A DNA stretch of 61,580 bases, counting the filler, from Sandaracinaceae bacterium (GTDB lineage: Bacteria > Myxococcota_A > Polyangia > Polyangiales > JADJQN01), in the NCBI GenBank assembly GCA_947483975.1. It is 19 parts of 19 records of this genome, joined end to end, with 100 filler letters (N's around TTAATTAATTAA, not from the genome) between each part and the next. Parts side by side here need not be neighbours in the genome. Positions count along the whole stretch, not along the records: positions 10,122 to 13,348 come from CANKOL010000495.1; positions 13,449 to 16,667 come from CANKOL010000496.1; positions 16,768 to 19,980 come from CANKOL010000497.1; positions 20,081 to 23,228 come from CANKOL010000500.1; 15 more parts are not named here. The stretch is one strand, 5' to 3'. Below, piece after piece: positions 11,551 to 20,642 of the stretch (the stretch's first letter is position 1; each line of letters begins with the position of its first letter). The notes under the pieces are model-generated. The model was not told where the DNA came from, did no database searches, and worked only from the letters and a program-made list of their open reading frames with translations. The position numbers and the translations under genes are program-made.

Positions 11551-11607
11551 CCCTCCGGCCACCCGGAGCCTGCGCAACACAACGAGCAGGCTCCGAGCGG
11601 CCGAGGG
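11551..11607 (+). terminator. long hairpin downstream of the Hsp70-like gene (terminator or stabiliser)
   Basis: CGGAGCCTGC (11564-11573) pairs with GCAGGCTCCG (11586-11595), extended by CCCT-CGGCC/GGCCG-AGGG; no U-tract. Confidence 0.4.
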
Positions 11608-11794
11608 CAGCAACCGTCTAACGACAACGAATCGAGGCCAACGCTGGGCGTCCCCGCCGGGCGCCGAGGGGCGACCAGTGGACGCACCCGGGGAGGACGC
11701 GCCGCTTATCGGGGCGGGCTTCCGGGGGTTGCGAACTATTTTTCGGTCGGGCTCTTTCGCCCCCTCGAGCCCGGGCGCATAGATCGGCGCGCCG

Positions 11795-12541
11795 ATGCTC
11801 GACACCGCCATCCTCCACCGGCTCGGCCCGTTCGACGTCCCCGGCGTCGGCCCGCGACACCTGCGCTTCTACGTCCCGCGCGCCCGCCCCAAGAAGCGCC
11901 TCCCCGGGCTGCTCGTGCTCTTCGACGGACAGAACGTCTTCGACGACGGCCCATCGTTCGGCGGCGTCGGCTGGCGCGCGCACGAGGGCGTCGAGAAGCT
12001 GCGGAGCAACGCCCCCGTGGTCGTCGCGGTCGAGCACGGCGGCGCGGAGCGCCTCGACGAGCTGTCGCCCTTCGCGACGGAGCGCTCGCGCGGGCTGCTC
12101 CCGGCGCTCGTGCACTGGCTCGCCGACGAGGTCGTCACCGACGCCTGGAAGAAGCTCGGCGTGCGGCCCGAGGCGAGCGGCGTGATCATCGGTGGCTCGT
12201 CGATGGGCGGGCTCGCGGCGATGTACGCGCACCACGCGCGCCCCGACCGCTTCGGCGCGGCCCTCTGCCTGTCGCCGTCCTTCTGGTTCGCGCGCGGCCG
12301 CATCGCCGAGTACGTCGCGCACGCGCCGCGCCCGGCAGCCTCGCGCATCTACGTCGACATCGGCACGCGCGAGGGGCGCGGGATGGTCGCGCCGGCGCGC
12401 GGCGTCGTCGAGGTGCTGCGCGGGCGCGGCTACGACGACAAGACGCTGAAATTCCGCGTGGACTCCCGCGGGCGGCACGACGAGCGCGCCTGGCGACGGC
12501 GCTTCACGGCGGCCGTCCGGTTCCTGGCGCGACCGAGGTAG
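11795..12541 (+). CDS. alpha/beta hydrolase (putative esterase family)
   Basis: FDGQNVF, GGSSMGG nucleophile elbow, SPSFW, YVDIGTRE and HDE.AW motifs. Confidence 0.85.
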   Translation: MLDTAILHRLGPFDVPGVGPRHLRFYVPRARPKKRLPGLLVLFDGQNVFDDGPSFGGVGWRAHEGVEKLRSNAPVVVAVEHGGAERLDELSPFATERSRGLLPALVHWLADEVVTDAWKKLGVRPEASGVIIGGSSMGGLAAMYAHHARPDRFGAALCLSPSFWFARGRIAEYVAHAPRPAASRIYVDIGTREGRGMVAPARGVVEVLRGRGYDDKTLKFRVDSRGRHDERAWRRRFTAAVRFLARPR

Positions 12542-12582
12542 AAACGCCCCCGACGCGCGTATCATCGCGCGTCGAGGTACCC

Positions 12583-13348
12583 ATGCGTCCGTCTCGCTTC
12601 GCCGCTCGCGCCCTCTCGTCGATGCTCCTCGCGCTCGTCGGCGTCTTCGCCGCCGCAGGCGCCGCGTCCGCCGAGACCATCATCGCGGGCGGCAACGTCA
12701 TCAACCAGACTTGGACGCCCGCAGGCTCGCCCTACACCATCCAGGGCGACATCACGGTGCCCCTCGGCGCCTTCCTGAACATCCAGGCGGGCACGATCGT
12801 GCAGTTCAACGCGACCGACGGGATGGTCGCGGGCGCCGACACCGCGCGCGTCGAAGTGACGGTGCGCGGCGACTTCAACGCCACCGGCAGCGCCGCCTCG
12901 CCCGTGCGCTTCCGCGCGACCTCGGGCACGACCCCGGGCACCTGGTACGGCGTCGTCCTCGACGCGACGGCGACGAGCGCGTCGATGAGCAACGTCATCC
13001 TCGAGCACTCGATCCACGGCGTGCGCTCGTCTCTGCCGGGCGCGACGTTCACCGACTCGACCTTCCAGAACAACAGCCAGACGGGGCTGCATCTCCTCGC
13101 CACGCCGGGCACGTTCGCGAACCTGACCGCGACGAACAACCCCACCGGCCTTCAAGTCGACGCGACGGCCAGCATCTCGCTGAGCGGCTGCCTGATCACC
13201 GGCAGCTCGTCCTACGGCATCAACCTCACGCAGTCGGTGACCTCGAGCGACTCGACCATCGCCGGCTGCACGCTCGACCAGAACGCGTCGATCGCCATCC
13301 TCGCCAATTCCTCGTCGAGCGCGCGCACCGTCACCGTGACGAACTCCA
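12583..13348 (+). CDS. secreted right-handed parallel beta-helix protein, 3'-partial
   Basis: Signal peptide ending ASA-E, TWT.AGSPY.I.GD.TV motif, and S/T/N-rich beta-helix repeats. Confidence 0.7.
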
Positions 13349-13644
13349 NNNNNNNNNNNNNNNNNNNNNNNNNNNNNNNNNNNNNNNNNNNNTTAATTAA
13401 TTAANNNNNNNNNNNNNNNNNNNNNNNNNNNNNNNNNNNNNNNNNNNNCGACTGTCGGCGCTCTACCTCCGTCGTGATCCCCCGCCCGATCCGTCTCGGT
13501 ATGCGCGCTCGTTGGGCTGCATGAGACGTTGAGCGAGCGCGGGAGGGCGAGAAGTTCTCGCTCGGGGGCGGAGCGCGAGAGGGTGCGGGCCGACGGAAGG
13601 AGTGAGCCCGCGCGACTGGTCCTCGCACGGGCTCGTGTCGACGC

Positions 13645-14214
13645 ATGCAGCTGACGTGGGATCCGCCGGTCGCCGACGGGCAATATGTAGCAGAGAGCGC
13701 CTGGGAGCGCGCGGTTCTCGACGAGTGTCCGTTTCACGCCGGGGGCGGTTGCGGGGCGACGGGCCACGGGAGCTACGCTCGCGTGCATCCGGCCGGGGCG
13801 CGGGTCGCGCGCTTCTGGTGTCCGGTGGAGCGCGCGTCGATCAGTTTGTTGCCCGCATTTCTCGCGGCGCGGTTGCCGGGCACGCTCGACGAGCTCGAGG
13901 CGGTGCTCGACGTCGTCGAGCAGGCAGCGAGCGTCGTCGAAGCGGCAGAGGTCGCGCGGCCCGCGGACGATGCGCATGCGGTCACGAGCATCAGCGCGAT
14001 GCGCTGGGTGCGGCGGCGGCTCGGTCCGCTCAGGGCCGCGCTGCTCGCGCTCGTGACGCTGCTGCCCGCGCTCGCTGGTTGCCGGCCGACGCTCGGCGCG
14101 CTCCGCGCTCGGCTCGGCGTCACGCGGGTGCTCGTGACGCTTCGCTCGCTCGCGAAAGAGCACCTGCATTCGCTCTCTCCTCCGCTTGGTCTGCGCGCTC
14201 GCGCGGCGAGGTGA
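13645..14214 (+). CDS. transposon accessory protein with Cys/His cluster (DUF6431-like position)
   Basis: CPFH....C...HGSYAR.......RFWCP.....SLLPAFL; lies upstream of the transposase, inside the element ends. Confidence 0.6.
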   Translation: MQLTWDPPVADGQYVAESAWERAVLDECPFHAGGGCGATGHGSYARVHPAGARVARFWCPVERASISLLPAFLAARLPGTLDELEAVLDVVEQAASVVEAAEVARPADDAHAVTSISAMRWVRRRLGPLRAALLALVTLLPALAGCRPTLGALRARLGVTRVLVTLRSLAKEHLHSLSPPLGLRARAAR

Positions 14215-14328
14215 ATCACGGCGTTTTCGAGCACCCACACGACCTGGGGACTGTGCGCCGAGCGGCGCTCCGCGAGGGTGTGCTTCGCCAGATCGGACTG
14301 ACCGATCGGCACACCCCAGGAGTGACCG

Positions 14329-15696
14329 ATGACGCCCCCAATCGACCCGATGCTCGCCACCGACGTGGAGCGCCGACAGCAAGTCGCGCTCTTTCGCTAC
14401 GGCACGATCGCTGACCTCGTGCAGCTGCCGCTCGGCCATCGCGGCCTCTACAAGCTGCTCGAGAACAAGGCCGCTCGCGAGTACGAGATCCCCGGCACGC
14501 TGCGCCGTCACGTCGCCGTCGAGACGATGCGAGGCTGGCTGAGCGACTACCGGCGCGGCGGCTTCGACGCGCTCGTGCCCAAGGTGCGCAGCGACCTCGG
14601 CGCCGCGCGCGCGATCCCGGCGCGCGTTGTCGATGTGCTCTGCGAGATCAAGGACGCGACCCCCGACCTCTCGATTCCGCTCGTGATCAGGGAGGCGCGA
14701 CAGAAGCACAGCGCGATCGTGACGAGCGAGATCGAGCTGCCGCTCTCGACCGTGCATCGCCTGCTCGCGCGCCGCGGGCTGACCCGGCGCCGCAAGGACG
14801 ACGGCACGAGCAAGGACCGTCGTCGCTTCGAGTACGAGGATGCGAACGAGATGTGGATGAGCGACGTGATGTACGGACCGAAGCTGCGCATCGGCGGGCG
14901 GCTGCGGCAGACGTACCTCATCGCCTTCATCGACGACGCGACGCGGCTGATCCCGCACGCGGTCTTCGCGCTCACCGAGGCCACCGCCGCGTACCTCCCC
15001 GCGCTCGAGCACGCGATTCGTCGGCGCGGACTTCCCAAGCGCCTCTACGTCGACAACGGCTCGGCGTTTCGCTCGCACCATCTCGCGCTCGTGTGCGCGA
15101 AGCTCGGCATCGCGCTCATCCACGCGACGCCGCGCTCGCCGCAGGGCAAGGGCAAGATGGAGCGGTGGTTTCGCACGGTGCGCTTGCAGCTGCTGCCGAC
15201 GCTCGAGTCGGTCGCGTCGCTGACTCTCGACGCGCTCAATCGTCGGCTCGCCGGCTGGGTCGAGGGCGAATACCACCACGCGGCGCACCGCGGAATCGGG
15301 GGCGAGACGCCCGTCGATCGCTGGGCCCGCTTGAGCGCGCACGTGAAGATGCCGGGTGCGGACGTGAGCGCGTGCTTTCTCTTCGACAGCAAGCGCAAGG
15401 TCGCGCGCGACCGCACCGTCACGCTCGATGGAGTCGCCTTCGAGGTCGATGCCGCGCTCGTCGGACAGGTCGTCGTGCTCCGCTACGATCCGGCGCGCGC
15501 CGCAGACAAGCGCACCGTCGAGGTCTGGAATCTTGGCAAGCGCATCGAGATCGCGCGCCGACTCGACGCCTACTCAAACTGCTTCGTGAAGCGCAACAAG
15601 ACGCGCGACACGACCGAAGCCCGAGCGGTGGACGCCGTCCCCACGGGCTTGTCGATGCGCGATCTCGACCAGGCTGCGAGTGAGATCGACTTCTGA
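14329..15696 (+). CDS. DDE-type transposase/integrase (HTH + rve core + Mu-like C-terminal domain)
   Basis: WMSDVM, FIDDATR, LYVDNGS and KGKMERWFRT catalytic motifs; AGGAG RBS at 14318-14322. Confidence 0.92.
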   Translation: MTPPIDPMLATDVERRQQVALFRYGTIADLVQLPLGHRGLYKLLENKAAREYEIPGTLRRHVAVETMRGWLSDYRRGGFDALVPKVRSDLGAARAIPARVVDVLCEIKDATPDLSIPLVIREARQKHSAIVTSEIELPLSTVHRLLARRGLTRRRKDDGTSKDRRRFEYEDANEMWMSDVMYGPKLRIGGRLRQTYLIAFIDDATRLIPHAVFALTEATAAYLPALEHAIRRRGLPKRLYVDNGSAFRSHHLALVCAKLGIALIHATPRSPQGKGKMERWFRTVRLQLLPTLESVASLTLDALNRRLAGWVEGEYHHAAHRGIGGETPVDRWARLSAHVKMPGADVSACFLFDSKRKVARDRTVTLDGVAFEVDAALVGQVVVLRYDPARAADKRTVEVWNLGKRIEIARRLDAYSNCFVKRNKTRDTTEARAVDAVPTGLSMRDLDQAASEIDF

Positions 15697-16493
15697 TGTA
15701 CCGCAAGCACTTCGGCCTCACGCGGCACCCCTTCGACAAGGAGATCGCGCCGGACGACCTCTTCGAGACCGCCTCGCTCGCGGAGCTGACGGCGCGCCTC
15801 AAACATCTGCTCGACATGCGCGGCATCGGCCTCGTCACCGGCGAGAGCGGCTCCGGCAAGACGACGGCGTGCCGTCGCCTCGTCGCTGGCCTCAACACGG
15901 GCCTGCATCGCGTGCTTTACGTCTCGCTCACGACCGGCAACGTGATGGACCTCTACAAGACCATCGCCTGGGAGCTCGGACTGCCGACCGAGCGCAACCG
16001 AGCGTCGCTCTTCAAGCACATCCGCACCGAGGTCTCGCGACTCTGCGCGGAGAACCGACTGCGGCCGATTCTGATCGTCGATGAAGCGCATCACCTGCGC
16101 ACCGACGTCCTCGAAGACCTGCGCCTGCTGACCAACTACGCGATGGACTCCGAGAACCGCCTCTGCGTGATCCTCGTCGGCCACCCCGAGCTACGCCGTC
16201 GGCTCAACATGTCCTCGCTCGAAGCGCTGTCCCAGAGAATCGTCGTGCGCGCGCACATGCGCGGCATCGCGAGAGCCGAGCTCGGCGGCTACCTCGACCA
16301 CCGCATCCGGCTCGCCGGCTGCGACCTCCCGCTCTTCGAGCCAGCGACCGTCGAGGCGATCCACCAAGCCGCCAACGGCATGCCGCGCAAGGCCAACCTC
16401 CTCGCTCACCACGCCCTCTTTGCCGCAGCCATCGCCAAGGCGAAGTCCATCACGACCGAACACATCCAGGCCGCGCTCGACGAAGTCGCGTAG
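15696..16493 (+). CDS. ExeA-like AAA ATPase (transposition helper)
   Basis: MY..HFGL...PF N-terminus, Walker A GESGSGKT, Walker B ILIVDEAH, LVGHPEL, GMPR; TGATG coupling to the transposase. Confidence 0.9.
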   Translation: MYRKHFGLTRHPFDKEIAPDDLFETASLAELTARLKHLLDMRGIGLVTGESGSGKTTACRRLVAGLNTGLHRVLYVSLTTGNVMDLYKTIAWELGLPTERNRASLFKHIRTEVSRLCAENRLRPILIVDEAHHLRTDVLEDLRLLTNYAMDSENRLCVILVGHPELRRRLNMSSLEALSQRIVVRAHMRGIARAELGGYLDHRIRLAGCDLPLFEPATVEAIHQAANGMPRKANLLAHHALFAAAIAKAKSITTEHIQAALDEVA

Positions 16494-16514
16494 CCCCGCT
16501 CGCGGGCATCACCC

Positions 16515-16559
16515 CGAGAGGCCAGCCGATCCTCGCGATCGCGCTGGCCTCTCGCTTTC
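16515..16559 (+). terminator. hairpin/terminator downstream of the ATPase
   Basis: CGAGAGGCCAGC (16515-16526) pairs with GCTGGCCTCTCG (16543-16554), followed by CTTTC. Confidence 0.5.
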
Positions 16560-16868
16560 CGTCATCAACTCCGCGCCGCGAAGACGAGCGCGCAGACCGA
16601 GAGAACGAGCCGGGCGAGTCACGAAAGAGCGTGGTGCGCAGGCGGTGGGGGAGCGTGAGAGACGACANNNNNNNNNNNNNNNNNNNNNNNNNNNNNNNNN
16701 NNNNNNNNNNNTTAATTAATTAANNNNNNNNNNNNNNNNNNNNNNNNNNNNNNNNNNNNNNNNNNNNGCACGCGCAGAGCGTGACGAGCAGGCCGAGCGC
16801 CCATTGCCGAATCGCCTCCATCGTCGCCGGGCGCGAACTAGCACCCGGCGGCGCGCTGTCGAGCGACG

Positions 16869-18950
16869 CTACGCCGTGCGCGCGGCGATCGGCGCGCCCG
16901 CGCGGAGCAGCGCGAACCACCTGCGCGCCGCCGCGCCGAGCAGGAACACGACGCAGACGAGCAGCACGGCGGTGAAGGCTGTGCTCGACCAGCCTTGGAG
17001 CGCCTTCTTCGGATCCGCGCTCGCGGCGAGCGGCAGGTAGATGCGCCAGATGCCTTGGACGCCCGCGGTCAGGGTCGTCGTCGTCAGAAAGCACAACGGC
17101 AGGAAGGTGAGCAGCGCCGGCTTGCCGCCGCGCTCGCGCAGCAGATACGTCGTGCCGACGGCGAGCGCGACGACCGCGAGCAGTTGATTGGCGATGCCGA
17201 ACATCGGCCAGATGGTCTGCACCGAGCCAGTCAGCAGGAAGGCAGTCCAGCCGCCCACGACGAGCAGCGTCGCGAGCACGCCGGCGGGCAGGCTGTCCGA
17301 GCGCCCGAGCGGCTTGGCGAGCTTGCCGAGGACCTCCTGCACGAGGAAGCGCCCGACGCGCGTGCCGGTGTCGATCGTCGTCAAGATGAACAGCGCCTCG
17401 AACATGATCGCGAAGTGGTACCAGTACGCGACGAGGTCCCCGAGGCTGCGCACGAAGGGGACGCCGGCGAAGATGCGCGCCATGCCGACGGCGAGCGACA
17501 CGCCGCCGCCCGTGCGCGCGGCGATGCGCTCGTTGCTGCTCGCGGCGAGGCGCGGCAGATCCGTCACCGAGATGCCGAGTCGCGCGAAGTCGTCGTGCGT
17601 CAGCGTGACGGGCGCGCTCTCCGCCGGGTCGACGTGATATCCGCCTGCGGCGAGCGTGGTATTCGAGAGTGAGAGCGCGACCGAGAGCGGGACCTCTCTG
17701 CCGCGGAGCGCAGCGACGGTATCGCCGCGCGCGACCCCGAGCGCCGCGCGGTCGACGCCATTGAGCTGCGCGAGCACGCGCGGGAGTTCGTCTGCGCGAA
17801 ACAGGCCCGGTGCGGCGCCCTCTGCGACGACGGCGACCTTGGGGTCGGTGTTGATCGCGAGGTAGTCGTCGACGGGCAGGCTCGTCGCGGCGATCAGCGC
17901 CGTCAGCCCGACGAGCCCCTCCATCAACATCGCGCCGTAGCCGATCAGGCGCGCGTCGCTCTCCTTGCTGATCATCTTCGGCGTCGTGCCGCTCGACACG
18001 AGCGCGTGAAAGCCGCTGATCGCGCCGCACGCGATGGTGACGAAGACGAACGGAAAGAGCGGCCCCTTGATGATCGGCCCGCCGCCGCCGATCCACTCGC
18101 TGAACATCGGGGCTTCGATGCGCGGATTGACGAGGAGCACTCCCCCGACGAGCAGCGCGATCGTGCCGATCTTCAGGTAGCTCGAGAGGTAGTCGCGCGG
18201 ACACAGCAACATCCACACGGGGAGCACCGACGCGACGAAGCCATAGCCCGCGATGACGAGCGTGATCGTCGTCCTCGAGAAGCGGAAGTGCTCCGCGAGC
18301 GCGGGAGTGTCCTGCACGTGCTTGCCGAACACGAGCGCGAGCAGCAGCAGCGCGATGCCGGCGATCGTCGCGTTGCGGACGGCGTTGGGCCCGGGGGCGA
18401 GCTTGTAGGTGTAGAGCCCCATCAAGAGCGCGATGGGGATGCTCGCGCCGACGGTGAACGTGCCCCAGGCGCTCTCCGCGAGCGCGCCGACGACGACGAT
18501 GCCGAGCCCGGAGATCGCCACGACGATCACCGCGAGGATCGCGATCACGGCGACGATGCCCGGGACGACGCCGAGCTCGTCGCGCACCAGCTCCGCGAGG
18601 GAGCGCCCGTTCTTGCGCATGGACGCGGTGAGGATGACGAAGTCGTGCACCGAGCCCGCGAGCACGACGCCCGCGAGGAGCCACAGAAAGCCCGGCGCGA
18701 AGCCGAACTGCGCGGCGAGCGTCGGCCCAATCAGCGGACCCGAGCCGCTGATCGCGGCGAAGTGATGCCCGAAGAGCACCCACTTGCTCGTCGGCACGAA
18801 GTTGTGCCCGTCGCGCAGCGTGTGCGCGGGCGTCGTGCGCGCGTCGTCGAGGACGAGCACCTTCGCCGCGATGAAGGCGGAGTAGTAGCGGTAGGCGATG
18901 GCGAGCACGCAGAGCGCGCCGAGCATCACGGGGGCAGCGTGCAGGATCAC
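16869..18950 (-). CDS. cstA: carbon starvation protein A (peptide/pyruvate transporter)
   Basis: GHHFAAISGSGPLIGP, PVWMLLCPRDYLSS, IACGAISGFH, RTGGGVSLAVGMA, LTTIDTGTR and WPMFGIANQLL motifs. Confidence 0.93.
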   Translation of the reverse strand: MILHAAPVMLGALCVLAIAYRYYSAFIAAKVLVLDDARTTPAHTLRDGHNFVPTSKWVLFGHHFAAISGSGPLIGPTLAAQFGFAPGFLWLLAGVVLAGSVHDFVILTASMRKNGRSLAELVRDELGVVPGIVAVIAILAVIVVAISGLGIVVVGALAESAWGTFTVGASIPIALLMGLYTYKLAPGPNAVRNATIAGIALLLLALVFGKHVQDTPALAEHFRFSRTTITLVIAGYGFVASVLPVWMLLCPRDYLSSYLKIGTIALLVGGVLLVNPRIEAPMFSEWIGGGGPIIKGPLFPFVFVTIACGAISGFHALVSSGTTPKMISKESDARLIGYGAMLMEGLVGLTALIAATSLPVDDYLAINTDPKVAVVAEGAAPGLFRADELPRVLAQLNGVDRAALGVARGDTVAALRGREVPLSVALSLSNTTLAAGGYHVDPAESAPVTLTHDDFARLGISVTDLPRLAASSNERIAARTGGGVSLAVGMARIFAGVPFVRSLGDLVAYWYHFAIMFEALFILTTIDTGTRVGRFLVQEVLGKLAKPLGRSDSLPAGVLATLLVVGGWTAFLLTGSVQTIWPMFGIANQLLAVVALAVGTTYLLRERGGKPALLTFLPLCFLTTTTLTAGVQGIWRIYLPLAASADPKKALQGWSSTAFTAVLLVCVVFLLGAAARRWFALLRAGAPIAARTA

Positions 18951-19027
18951 GGCGCGATGGTAGCCGAGCGGGCGCCGGCGCGCGTTGGCTTCCCCCGGGG
19001 GCGGTGTCAGGCTCCGCGGGACCATCG

Positions 19028-19980
19028 ATGAGAGGCGAGCGAAGAGCGCGGTGGAGGGCGGCGTCGGGGCGCGTCGCGCGGGCCGCGCTCCGAGTCGGAC
19101 GGCGCGTCGCGGACCTGTTTCCGGCGACGCCGCTCGGGCTGCTCGTCGCCGCGACGGCGTACGCGGCGAGGCGCTTCTTCGGGGTCGAGCAGCTCGATCT
19201 CGTGCTGCTCGTGGTCGGCTACGCGGGGCTCGGGCTGCCCGTCGTCGCGGTCGTGCTGGTGTCGCTCGCGGCGCTGGTGCTCAAGCTGCGCAGGCTGCGC
19301 ACGACGAGCGACGGGGGCGGCGCGCTGCGCCTCGAGACGCGCCGGCGGGCCCCGACGGGCCTCGTCGTGCCGTCGCTGTGGTGGCTGCCGCTCGTGCAGG
19401 TGCGCTGGGAGTGGGAGCGGCCGGAGGGCGTGCGCGTCGTGCCGCAGCGGCGCTTCGGCAAGCTGGTCGAGGAGGTCGTCGCGCAGGAGCGCGGCGAGCA
19501 TCGCGGGCTGCGTCGGCGGCTCATCGTCGAGGACGCGCTCGGGCTCGCGCGGCTCGCGCTGCGCAAGGACGACGCGCTCGAGGTCGTCGTCGTGCCGACG
19601 GCGGGCGCGCTCCGCTCGGTGCCGGCCCTCGCGTCGTTCGCGGGCGGCGACGATCAGCCGCATCCGCTCGGCGTCGAGGAGGGCGACCGCATCGAGCTGC
19701 GTCGCTACGCGCCCGGCGATCCGGCGCGCTTCATCCACTGGAAGGTCTTCGCCCGCACGGGGAAGCTGATGGTCCGTCGGCACGAGAAGGCGCTCGTGCA
19801 GGCGCGGCGCACGGTCGCGTACCTCGTCGCGGGGCCGGGAGACGACGCCACCGCGGGCGCCGCGCGCGTCGCGCTCGAGACGCACGCGCTCGGCGCGGAG
19901 TGGGTGTTCGGCGCGGACGGCGGCGACGCGGCGGGCACCTCGGTCGTGTCGGAGGCCGTGTCGCTGGTCGTGCGGAGCGC
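19028..19980 (+). CDS. DUF58 domain membrane protein, 3'-partial
   Basis: Two TM segments, then ELRRYAPGDPARFIHWKVFARTGKLMVR. Confidence 0.85.
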
Positions 19981-20192
19981 NNNNNNNNNNNNNNNNNNNN
20001 NNNNNNNNNNNNNNNNNNNNNNNNTTAATTAATTAANNNNNNNNNNNNNNNNNNNNNNNNNNNNNNNNNNNNNNNNNNNNGGTCGCCTGAGCGCGCCTTC
20101 GGCCTCGCGCCACGGCCCGCCGCCGCGCCCCTCGCGCGCGCCCGAGCCGCTTTTCTCGACCTGCCGTGCATTCAGCGGTACGACTTGCCGCC

Positions 20193-20633
20193 ATGACCAC
20201 GCTCGTCGAAGTGCTCACCAGCCCAGCGAAGAAGGCCTCCGTCGTCGACGACTGCGTCGACCTCGTCGATCGCGAGGTCGCCGACAAGAGCGGCCTCTCC
20301 GGCATGGCCATCAAGGCCGGCTACGGCGCCGTCAAGGGCATCAAGCCCGGCTTCATCAAGGGCGCGGTCACCGACCTCGTGCCCGAGTTCGCGAAGGCCC
20401 TCGATCCGCTGTTCGGCGAGGCCCAGTCGAAGGGCGAGCCCCTCGGCGCCTATTTTTCGAAGAACGCCTCCCGCGCCGCCGACGCGCTCCTCGCGATCAC
20501 CGACGGCAAGGCCGAGCGCTCGAAGCACGCGCTCGTCAAAGGCACCTACGGCCGCCTCCGCGGCACCGCGAAGAAGAACGTCGAGCAGGCCATGCCGCGC
20601 CTCGGTCAGCTGATCGAGAAGTACGCCAGCTAG
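20193..20633 (+). CDS. conserved hypothetical protein (DUF6918-like)
   Basis: VVDDCVDLVDREVADKSGLSGMAIKAGY..VK...ADALL.ITD.KA pattern; strong coding bias. Confidence 0.6.
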   Translation: MTTLVEVLTSPAKKASVVDDCVDLVDREVADKSGLSGMAIKAGYGAVKGIKPGFIKGAVTDLVPEFAKALDPLFGEAQSKGEPLGAYFSKNASRAADALLAITDGKAERSKHALVKGTYGRLRGTAKKNVEQAMPRLGQLIEKYAS

Positions 20634-20642
20634 CGCCCGCGC

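Larger units (their letters stand above)
13453..16667 (+). mobile_element. three-gene DDE transposon (accessory ORF + rve/Mu-like transposase + ExeA-like ATPase), apparently complete
   Basis: Begins TGTCG and ends CGACA; imperfect terminal IR; 18/19 subterminal IR (13494-13512 vs 16584-16602); occupies almost exactly one contig. Confidence 0.8.

Noticed and set aside
15696..16493. ExeA as part of a type II secretion system
   Set aside because: It is coupled to a transposase inside inverted-repeat ends and has no peptidoglycan-binding extension or neighbouring secretion genes.
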